A stretch of DNA of 64,000 nt from an uncultured delta proteobacterium (GTDB lineage Bacteria > Myxococcota_A > Polyangia > Polyangiales > Polyangiaceae): positions 160,001 through 224,000 of the forward strand of contig CAVOKF010000003.1 in the NCBI GenBank assembly GCA_963696385.1, given 5' to 3'. Positions 55,676 through 64,000 of the stretch are shown in pieces; within the stretch, counting starts at the first letter, position 1, and the number at the start of each line of letters is the position of its first letter. The notes under the pieces are model-generated. The model saw only the letters and a program-made list of their open reading frames with translations, was not told where the DNA came from and did no database searches. A program made the position numbers and the translations under genes.

Positions 55676-56431
55676 ATGCAAAACGCCGGCCCTCCCAGGC
55701 AGCTCCGCGCATACGGCGACCGCGAGGGCGACGGCATGGTGCAGATGTCGTTCGTTCTTCAGATTTCTCCGAGCCCACGCGGCCGTGAGGCGGCCAAGCG
55801 ATTTGCCGAAATGCATGGCCTGGCCGACCCTCTGATCGCCACGATGGAGGCCTGCGCGGAGGGTTGCTCGTTTTTTGTGGTCTATGGCCACTCGCGGCAC
55901 GCAGTCGACGAGGCGACGGTCAACGTGTCCGAAATCCGCACGGAACGGCTGGAGCGAGAGGAAATCGAGCAGCGCATCCGGACGCGGCTCAGACGCAAGA
56001 TCATCGTGGTCGGTGCCTGCACGGGCAGCGACGCGCACACCGTCGGCATCGACGCAATCCTCAATTACAAGGGATATGCGGGGAATAAAGGGCTCGAGAG
56101 CTACAAGGGATTCGAAGTCTTCAACCTCGGCGCACAAGTCGAAAATGAGCAATTGGTCGCTCGGGCTCAGGCGCTGCACGCCGATGCGATTCTGGTGAGC
56201 CAGGTCATCACTCAACGCAATTGTCACAAGGAAAACGGGCGCGCACTCGTGGATCTGCTGAAGCGGTCGGGAACGCGTGACGCCTTCATCTTGCTTTTTG
56301 GGGGTCCGCGAGTGGACCACCCGCTGGCCTTGGAGCTCGGATTCGATGCGGGATTCGGTCCGGGCACGAGCCCCACCGACGTCGCGTCGTATCTCATCGA
56401 GCGCATGTGCGGCGAGGGCTCGGGGGCGTAG
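55676..56431 (+). CDS. kamE: Lysine 5,6-aminomutase beta subunit (B12-binding)
   Basis: YGD..GDG.VQ.SF, TGSDAHTVGIDAI (DxHxxG), NYKG PLP-lysine, ELGFDAGFGPG. Confidence 0.94.
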   Translation: MQNAGPPRQLRAYGDREGDGMVQMSFVLQISPSPRGREAAKRFAEMHGLADPLIATMEACAEGCSFFVVYGHSRHAVDEATVNVSEIRTERLEREEIEQRIRTRLRRKIIVVGACTGSDAHTVGIDAILNYKGYAGNKGLESYKGFEVFNLGAQVENEQLVARAQALHADAILVSQVITQRNCHKENGRALVDLLKRSGTRDAFILLFGGPRVDHPLALELGFDAGFGPGTSPTDVASYLIERMCGEGSGA

Positions 56432-56489
56432 CGCTGCAGTCTTCGAGGCGCTCCGAATGATTCAGCGGATCTCGAAGACACGACAATCG

Positions 56490-58421
56490 TTACTCGTGCA
56501 CGGGTGCGATCGGCAAATCGACCGATATCCATGCGTCTATGCCCGCCCGGCCGACCCGATGGGCGCCCGTCGCCCGAACGACCACGCACTTGCAGGGGTC
56601 GTGGAACTCGAGCGCCGCGACGGTGGCGACGAGCTCACCTCCGTCGAGTCGCACATCGGCCCCGGCGCGTGCGGTGATCGGAGCCGCAATCGGAACTCCT
56701 AGCCGTGCTCCTCCGGTCCAACCGGGGGAAGCGAGAAAGCCGCTCGAAGGTTCGATGGTCGGGTCGGCGAGGGCCCGGGCGACAAGTGGATCCAAGCCTT
56801 CACGACCTGCCACGTTCATGGCCAGATGCATTCCCGACCCTGGCCCGATGCGCATGCCGGCGACGACCGCGGTTCCGATACCCGTAGACGGTGCGAACGC
56901 TTGGGCGGCATCGGCACGGAAGGCCAACCACGGCCCTCCAAGCGTGGCGCGAGCGCGAACCGCAGCCGTGGCCTGCCCGTCGTGTCCGACTGCTCCTGCG
57001 GCGAGATCGACGTCGGCCGCAGCACGAGACCCCCACCGACCGACGGTGTTGGACCAGCCCAAATCGCCGACCCATGCGGTCCCGCTCGGTACGGCCATTG
57101 CTCGGCCGGCGGGCTCCACGAAAACGTCGCTTGCGTGGGTGGCGATTGCCGAGATTTCCACTCGCGGCTCGGTACGGTGCACCCACGGATCAGCAGCCTC
57201 GGCCGAGGCGTAGGCGCGTGCGAGCGGTACGCCTAGGGCGATTCTGGCTTGCGCAGCGCCATTTAGCCCCGCCAGCGTGCCGTTGTCGGCCGCCTCGCCG
57301 AACGCCCGAACAGCGAGCGTAGCCCCCATCGGGCCGATGGAGGTCGCCAGGAGCGTCCCTCCCTCCCCGCGGGCGAAACTCGTCGCGTTGTGCGCGGTCC
57401 ACGCGAGAGCCGCCGCCGGTGCGGCGGACGCTCCCGCGACTTGTCCCCCTTCGAGCATCACGTCGTAAGCCCCAACCCACCCGAGAGCATCGGCGCGATG
57501 GATGGCGAGGATCGGACCGCTCGCAAAGTCCAGTCCACCGGCGCCACGCACCCCGACCGCTCGAATGCCGGATGCCATCATCCACCCACTCTGGCGCCAC
57601 TCGGCCTGGGCCTGCGCTCGATCGAAGGGTCGCGCCGCCGTGTCGACGTCGGTGACAGCCTGAACTGCGCGCGCCCCGCGCAGCGCGTCGATCTCCCAGG
57701 CGGCTGACGGTCCGCGCCCGTCGGGATCGACTGGTTCTGCGCCGCTGGCGCGAATCGCAACTCCGTCTTGTCCGTGAAGCCGATCCCAGTGGATCTGCGT
57801 GGCGGTCATGGTGGTGCGGACCGCCACGTCCGCTGCGACGCCTCCCTCGACGTACCCACCCGCGCGCGCGTCGAAGCCGTTGACCGTATCGCCTTGTACC
57901 CATGGAACGTGGACACCGCCGCCCGCAAAAAAGCCATCGGCTCCGCGCCACGCAAGATCGGGCGGCAATAGCCCCAGTCGTCCTGGAGATCGGAGCCAGG
58001 CGACGGGCAGCCATGCCACGGGGATGCCGAACACCTCCAAGACGGGATTGCGGAGAATGACATCGTGCGGGGGCGCCAGAGTCGCTCCCGAAAAGCGCAG
58101 GGCCAGCGGAGTTCCGAGGCACGGGCAAAACGCGAGCACCCCCTGCCCCTCGAGCACCACGCCCATCGGGACGCGCCGCAGGCGCAGCTCGTTGCTCGTG
58201 ACATGAAAAGGCGGCTCGTCGACGCGTACGTGCCCGGAGGCATCGACGGATTGCGATTGCGCATCGAATTTGACTTCGTCCGCACCAAACGCAACGGGAA
58301 CGGCTTCGGGCGAAGCCGTTGGCTGGGCAAAGAGCCCTCGGCCCGCCCCGAGAACGACCGCCGCCGCAGCGGACGCGATCCAGCGATGCGTGAGGTGCCC
58401 CCTTCCGCCCCTCGTGCGCAA
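56490..58421 (-). CDS. Divergent LptD-like outer-membrane protein (start uncertain)
   Basis: ADEV.FD..A.GHV OstA-like N-terminus, FCPC, PVAWLP, R.GLLPP, C-terminal PCKC; beta-barrel pattern. Confidence 0.6.
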   Translation of the reverse strand: MRTRGGRGHLTHRWIASAAAAVVLGAGRGLFAQPTASPEAVPVAFGADEVKFDAQSQSVDASGHVRVDEPPFHVTSNELRLRRVPMGVVLEGQGVLAFCPCLGTPLALRFSGATLAPPHDVILRNPVLEVFGIPVAWLPVAWLRSPGRLGLLPPDLAWRGADGFFAGGGVHVPWVQGDTVNGFDARAGGYVEGGVAADVAVRTTMTATQIHWDRLHGQDGVAIRASGAEPVDPDGRGPSAAWEIDALRGARAVQAVTDVDTAARPFDRAQAQAEWRQSGWMMASGIRAVGVRGAGGLDFASGPILAIHRADALGWVGAYDVMLEGGQVAGASAAPAAALAWTAHNATSFARGEGGTLLATSIGPMGATLAVRAFGEAADNGTLAGLNGAAQARIALGVPLARAYASAEAADPWVHRTEPRVEISAIATHASDVFVEPAGRAMAVPSGTAWVGDLGWSNTVGRWGSRAAADVDLAAGAVGHDGQATAAVRARATLGGPWLAFRADAAQAFAPSTGIGTAVVAGMRIGPGSGMHLAMNVAGREGLDPLVARALADPTIEPSSGFLASPGWTGGARLGVPIAAPITARAGADVRLDGGELVATVAALEFHDPCKCVVVRATGAHRVGRAGIDAWISVDLPIAPVHE

Positions 58422-58429
58422 ACCCGAAT

Positions 58430-59059
58430 TCAGCGACGCGACCGAGTCTCGTCGCCGGGCGACGCGCGCTCGTGGGGCGATGACCCGGCCGTGCCGGTGG
58501 GGTCCGAGTCCGCGCCGGAAGCGCTCGGAACGTAGTCGCCTTTGGGAAATTCGATGCGCATCATAGTGCCCCCGTCCTTGCCCGGATCGAAGCTCACGAT
58601 AGGCGTCACAGAGGCGCGCAGGGCGATCACGAACCAAAGGTCATGTCCGTGAAGGACGAGCCGCGCACTCGTCACCGGGGTGTTGAAGTGCACGGTCACG
58701 AGTGGATTGTAGTTGTTGCGCAGACCCACACGGGCCCCCTTGAGGACGTAGGTGATCGTCGTGCGCTCGACCTTCGTCTCGTACGCGACCGGCTGAGACA
58801 GCTCGACGAACAGCCTCGTGGATCCGTCGGCGAGTGTCTCGAAACCAGCCAGCATGGCGTCTGCGGGCGTCGGGCGTTGGCGTCCGGACCGAACCGGCCC
58901 TCGTCGAGGCGGCGACGCGCGAGACGGACCCGCATTCGCGGTCGACGCGCTCGCTCCCGGCGCGGCCGAGACGGAGTCTTGGGCAAAGCCCAACGCCACC
59001 GGACAGAGCGCCAGCGGGGCCGCGAGAGCGATGCAGGCTGCGCGAGCGGAGTACCGCAT
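58430..59059 (-). CDS. AMIN-like domain secreted protein
   Basis: Signal peptide; TRLFVELS.PV.Y, NPL...HF.TPV..ARL. Confidence 0.6.
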   Translation of the reverse strand: MRYSARAACIALAAPLALCPVALGFAQDSVSAAPGASASTANAGPSRASPPRRGPVRSGRQRPTPADAMLAGFETLADGSTRLFVELSQPVAYETKVERTTITYVLKGARVGLRNNYNPLVTVHFNTPVTSARLVLHGHDLWFVIALRASVTPIVSFDPGKDGGTMMRIEFPKGDYVPSASGADSDPTGTAGSSPHERASPGDETRSRR

Positions 59060-59224
59060 GGCCAAAAATTAGAGCACGACGACGACGTCCCTTGCGAACT
59101 TTGGTGCGCCCGGCCCTTCACGTGCACGCGAACGGTCGCTCGCACCATCGACCCAGCCGCTCCTCGGCCGCGGGCCCGCTGGCGAAGTTGCCCGAAAAGC
59201 CCGGCGCCTGGTACGCCCCAGACG

Positions 59225-59623
59225 ATGGAACAGCAGCTCCCGGCCGCGGAAATTACCGCCTTGCTCGGGCGGGGGACCGAATTCGAAGGAAAGCTCCATT
59301 TCGAGGGGCGCGTGCGCATCGACGGCCTCTTCAAGGGCGAGATCGGCAGCGAGGATACCCTCGTCATCGGGGAGGGAGCCGACGTCCACGCGGAGATCGA
59401 CGTGGCCACCGTCATCGTGCGGGGGGGAGTGGTTCACGGCAACATCCGTGCAAAGACCGCCATTGAGATCCATGCCCCCGGAAAAGTCGTCGGCAACCTG
59501 CACTCGCCTTCGCTCTTCATCGACCGGGGCGTCGAGTTTCAGGGAAGCTGCCGCATGGATCCGTTCGAGGCGGCCGCGACCGAGCAGCGGATCCCATCGG
59601 CTGCCGCGAAGCCTCGCGTCTGA
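59225..59623 (+). CDS. Bactofilin (polymer-forming cytoskeletal protein)
   Basis: LGRGTEFEGKL.FEG.VRIDG.FKGEI..G.EFQGSC.M. Confidence 0.93.
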   Translation: MEQQLPAAEITALLGRGTEFEGKLHFEGRVRIDGLFKGEIGSEDTLVIGEGADVHAEIDVATVIVRGGVVHGNIRAKTAIEIHAPGKVVGNLHSPSLFIDRGVEFQGSCRMDPFEAAATEQRIPSAAAKPRV

Positions 59624-59691
59624 GGCGTGGGCGACGGCCTGCGTCGCTCCATGCCGCTCACCCATGCTCTCGATGCCGATGTGGCTCCCGC

Positions 59692-60372
59692 TCATTCCGA
59701 CGAGGACGGCCTTCCGATGGCTTTCTTGGACGGCTTAGAGACGTGCGCACTGTTCGCCTCAAAGAACCGCCACGGCTCGTCCGCCCAAGCGCCCGCGTAG
59801 GCGACCCCGACCCGCGCCGTGGTCGCTAGACGCACGCGCTTCACGCGGCGAGAGCACAGGTAAAGGGTGGGGCCGGTAAGGTCGGTGTCATCGAGCGCTC
59901 GGGTAATCTCCATCGCGCGCGCGAAGCGACCCGGACCATCGAGGCGCGCCGAGGGCTCAATGCCCCACACCGCCGCGCCCGCCCGCACGAGGACCGCGTG
60001 ACCGTGGCCTGCTCCTCGACAGGTCACGTTGAAGCAATGATGCATGCCGTACACGAGAAACACGTAAGCATGGCCCTCTTCACCCCATAGCGATCGCGTT
60101 CGTTTCGTGGGGCCGGCGCGTGCGTGGCAGGCCAAGTCCTCGGGACCCCGATAGGCCTCGGTCTCAACGATTCGAGCGACCCGCAATCTCCGGCCACCGC
60201 CTCGCTCATGCACCAGCAAGCAACCGATGAGAGCCCGGGCGATGACGAGCGCGTCCCGTTGGTACCATGTGCGCGGCAGACGCTCGGCGCGCAGCGATGC
60301 GAGATCGAGATGCCCCCAGTCTTGACCGCCTCGGGTGTCGGCCCTGGAGTATCGCTCCGAGAATTTCGTCAT
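59692..60372 (-). CDS. DNA-3-methyladenine glycosylase (AAG/MPG type); start uncertain
   Basis: IVETEAY, D.ACH, GHAYVFLVYGMHHC.N, AVLVRA, GPG, RVGV, PWRF. Confidence 0.92.
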   Translation of the reverse strand: MTKFSERYSRADTRGGQDWGHLDLASLRAERLPRTWYQRDALVIARALIGCLLVHERGGGRRLRVARIVETEAYRGPEDLACHARAGPTKRTRSLWGEEGHAYVFLVYGMHHCFNVTCRGAGHGHAVLVRAGAAVWGIEPSARLDGPGRFARAMEITRALDDTDLTGPTLYLCSRRVKRVRLATTARVGVAYAGAWADEPWRFFEANSAHVSKPSKKAIGRPSSSE

Positions 60373-60628
60373 GCCAGCCGGGCCTTGCATTCGCGTAAGC
60401 CGACCGACCCGTTTTTTCCGTTTCGAGCATCCGTCGGAAGGGGTCACATAGCCGCCGCGGTGGCCCATTGTCCACACGGTGCCACCTCTTTTCCAGACCT
60501 CGCATCGGTTGACGACCGACTCTGCTCTGGAAGTGCGTGCGAGCAGGCGCTATGGCCTCTATCGGTGCCATGCACCGAAGTCGGCCTGGCAGAGTCGCGC
60601 ATCGTGGAGCGCGAAGCACTGGAGACCC

Positions 60629-63455
60629 ATGTTCGAGGAGTTCGGAATCAACGCAGGTTATGTCGAAGAGATCCATGCGCGTTGGGTGCAGAGTCCGCAG
60701 TCGGTCGAAGACGGGTGGCGCCGACTCTTCGAAGGGACGACCCCGGTGTCGCCGGGCACGCCGAAGGGCAACGGGGTGGCCGCCCACCCCACGGGCCATG
60801 GCAACGGCGCAGCCGCGCCCGCGCCATCGCGGACGGCAACGTCGTCGGCAGCGTCTTACCGAGAGTCCGTCCGCGATACGGTCATTGCTGCAACGGAGCT
60901 ACAGAGTCGCGTAGCCCACTTGGTCAACGAATACCGCGTGAGGGGTCACCTCTCCGCGGATCTCGACCCGCTCGGAAGTCGACCGCCCATCGCGCCGGAG
61001 CTCGAACTGTCGAACTTCGGACTGACCGAAGGGGACGTCGACAAAACGTTTTCGACGGCCGGTATGAGCGGCTTTCCGGAGCGAGCTACGCTGCGCGAAA
61101 TCGTCGCCCACCTGCGTGAAACGTATTGCTCGTCGATTGGTGTCGAGTTCACGCACGTCGGAGAGCCCGAGCAGCGTCTCTGGCTGCAGCAGCAGATGGA
61201 GTCGACGGGCAACCACGCATCCCTCGACCGCACGGAGCTCGTTCGAATTCTGACGAAACTCACCGAGGCCGAGATCTTCGAGCAATTCATTCATAAAAAC
61301 TACGGCGGCGGGGCACGGCGATTCTCGCTGGAAGGCGCCGAGAGCGTCATACCGATGATCGATCTGCTGATCGAATCGGCGGGGCAGCACGGCATCGAGG
61401 AGCTCGTCATCGGCATGGCCCACCGGGGTCGGCTCAACGTGCTCGTCAACGTGATGGGCAAGAACGTGCGCGAGATTTTTGCTGCCTTCGATGACAAGAA
61501 GCCCGAGCGGTTTCTGGGAGCCGGCGACGTCAAATACCATCTCGGATACTCGAGCGAAGTCGTCACGCAGTCCGGACGGCCGATTCACCTCTCGATGGCC
61601 TTCAATCCGAGTCACCTCGAGTTCGTGAATCCGGTGGTCGAGGGGCGCGTGCGCGCCAAAATCGATCGAAGAAAACGGAAGAGCACGATGCCTTTGCTCA
61701 TCCATGGGGACGCGGCATTCATGGGTCAGGGCGTCGTCGCCGAAACGCTGAATTTGGCCCAGCTCGAAGGCTACACGACGGGCGGGACCATCCACCTCGT
61801 CGTCAACAACCAAATCGGATTCACTACGCTGCCCGTCGATTCACGCTCCACCCGTTATTGCACCGACGTCGCGCGGATGCTCCGCGTCCCCGTGTTCCAC
61901 GTGAATGGTGAGGACCCCGAAGCGGTCATTCAGGTCACACGCCTCGCGATCGAGTTCCGACAAAGGTTCAAGCAGGACGTGGTCATCGACATGTACTGCT
62001 ACAGGAAGTACGGACACAACGAGGGCGACGAGCCGCGTTTCACGCAACCGCGGATGTACGCGCTCATCGACAAAAAGCCTACGGTCCGCGAAGTCTACGT
62101 CGCCCGCCTGGTGAAGGCGGGACATGTCTCGCGCGAAGAAGCGGACGCCATCGCCCAAGAGCGCAGGGCCACCTTGGAGCGCGCGCTCGAAGAAGCGCGT
62201 CAGGGGGATTTTCACCAGATGCCGGAGGCGATGGGGGGTGTATGGGCGCCCTATCGGGGCGGCCTCGACGCTAGCGTCCCCGAGGTGTCCACCGCGTTTT
62301 CAAAAGAGACGCTTTGCCAGGCCCTCGACAAGCTCGCGACCATGCCGCCCGGATTTCACGCCAACCCGAAGGCGCTCAAGATTCTCGAGCAGCGGAGACT
62401 GCGGGGATTGGATGGCCAGCCGCTCGATTGGGGGACGGCGGAGCATCTGGCTTTCGCGTTCCATCCTATTGGAAGGCCATGGGATTCGCATCAGCGGGCA
62501 AGACTCGCGACGCGGAACGTTCTCCCATCGCCACGCGGTCCTCTTCGACACAGAGACCGGAGAGCCGTATACGCCGCTCGCGCATTTGGGCGACGGAACG
62601 ACCGGTGTCGGACGGTTCGAGATCTACGATTCGCCGCTCAGCGAGGCCGGGGTGCTGGGCTTCGAGTACGGGTACTCGCTCGATCGGCCCGACAAACTCG
62701 TCGTCTGGGAGGCCCAGTTCGGCGACTTCGTGAACGCCGCACAAGTGATCGTCGACCAGTTCATCGTGTCGGCAGAAGACAAGTGGTCGCGCCTGTCGGG
62801 ACTCGTGCTGCTGCTGCCCCACGCGTTCGAGGGCCAAGGCCCGGAGCACTCCAGTGCGCGCATCGAGCGATTTTTACAGCTCTCGGCGGAAGACAACATC
62901 CAGGTCTGCAACCTGACCACGCCCGCGCAGTTCTTCCACGTGCTGAGGCGTCAAGTGAACCGTCCTTTGCGCAAGCCGCTCGTCGTCTTCACTCCGAAGT
63001 GGCTTTTGCGACATCCCGAGGCCACCAGCTCGCTCGACGAGCTCGCATTCGGGTCATTCCAGCGCGTCATTGCCGATGACGTCGTGGACCCGGCAAAGAC
63101 GCGCCGCATCGTCCTATGCAGCGGCAAGGTCTACTACAATCTCGTGGAGGAGCGGCGACGTCGAGCGCGCGATGATGTGGCGATCATTCGGCTCGAGCAA
63201 TACTATCCCCTGAGCGGCGCCCTCATGGATGCGCTCCGTCGATACCCCGAGGGAACGCCGCTCGTTTGGGTTCAGGAGGAGCCGCGCAACATGGGCGCAT
63301 GGTATTTCATCAACTCGCGCAAGCACGAGATGTTCTCGGATCGTCATCCGCTCGCCCTGGTCTCGCGCGCGGAAAGCGCCAGCCCGGCAACGGGAAGCAA
63401 GGCCGCGCACGACTTGGAGCAGAGGATCCTGATGAACGAAGCGTTTGCCACCTGA
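60629..63455 (+). CDS. sucA: 2-oxoglutarate dehydrogenase E1, interrupted by a +1 frameshift near 62459-62460 as sequenced
   Basis: [32 protein letters not shown] in one frame; [30 protein letters not shown] in the next; deleting one T restores AFASILLEG. Confidence 0.93.
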
Positions 63456-63501
63456 CCCGGCGTGACGGCGCCTGTCGAGCTTGTCCGCCACCGCAGCGAC
63501 G

Positions 63502-63609
63502 CTATCCCCGCGCGCGTTTGTCCGAGATCACCAACACGGCGACGACCCAGGCGACGAGCCCGACGATGACGACGGCCATCGTGGCGTAGAGGATATTGGG
63601 GTTCACCAT
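63502..63609 (-). CDS. Small single-TM protein (35 aa)
   Basis: MVNPNILYATMAVVIVGLVAWVVAVLVISDKRARG; nearly all codons end in G/C; basic tail after the TM. Confidence 0.55.
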   Translation of the reverse strand: MVNPNILYATMAVVIVGLVAWVVAVLVISDKRARG

Positions 63610-63717
63610 CAGCCACCACCGTAGCCGAACTCGACCCCCATGACGACGAGAAGGCAGCTCACGTCGACGGGGAGCGGGCGCTGGCCGGCGGGCAAGCCAC
63701 GATCGGCCGCAAGCGAA

Positions 63718-64000
63718 TCAATCGATGGCTACGAGCTCCACTGCGAACTTGAGCCCGGCGTTCGGCGGGATCGCTGGAGGACTTCCACTCTCGCCGTAAC
63801 CGAGATCCGAAGGAATCGTAAGATTTCGTTTGCCCCCGACTTTCATGCCGACGACTCCGCGATCCCAGCCCTTGATGACTTCGCCTCGGCCCAGCGTGAA
63901 CGTGAACGGCTCGCTCCCGTGATCGTACGAACTGTCAAATTTCTGGCCATTCATCAGCGTCCCCGTGTACTGCACGTGAACCGTATCCCCGGTCTTCGCT
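63718..64000 (-). CDS. FKBP-type peptidyl-prolyl isomerase; 5' end outside the window
   Basis: YTGTL..G.KFDSS, VIKGWD.G, MKVGGKR, IP..LGYG, IPPNA.L.F.VEL. Confidence 0.95.
   Translation of the reverse strand, partial: AKTGDTVHVQYTGTLMNGQKFDSSYDHGSEPFTFTLGRGEVIKGWDRGVVGMKVGGKRNLTIPSDLGYGESGSPPAIPPNAGLKFAVELVAID

Noticed and set aside
62124..63455. Programmed frameshift or genuine two-gene sucA
   Set aside because: No slippery site or RBS-supported internal start; a one-base indel explains it fully.

Overview
A GC-rich, gene-dense core-chromosome segment of a bacterium. The gene content (TIGR04552-type protein, DUF507, bactofilin, many Pro/Ala-rich lipoproteins) suggests Myxococcota, probably Polyangiales; this is inferred from gene content only. 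It holds about 66 CDSs and the RNase P RNA gene. Recognisable modules: DUF3570/DUF4266 envelope cluster; TIGR04552-DUF507-yicC-gmk-mtnP-pfkB; a ubiquitin-like sulfur-relay cysteine operon (cysK, E1, MoaD/CysO, E1-like fragment, cysM, JAB); trpG-trpD-trpC-xerD; rpmB; a 1258-aa NfnB/NfnA-like fusion; yggX; iscA/erpA; rnpB; Tol-Pal; ygfZ; kamD/kamE; lptD-like; and sucA with a 1-nt frameshift. No CRISPR array, rRNA, tRNA, transposase or prophage was seen. Main leads: (1) an apparently heterodimeric E1 with separate active and inactive adenylation subunits, the architecture of eukaryotic SUMO/NEDD8 E1s; (2) a TIGR04552-type protein with RelA-synthetase motifs upstream of yicC-gmk; (3) a 116-bp tandem duplication creating a 39-aa chimeric ORF that preserves translational coupling; (4) a family of degenerate MITE-like intergenic repeats, often next to stop codons. 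All family assignments come from reading motifs by eye; no database search was run.
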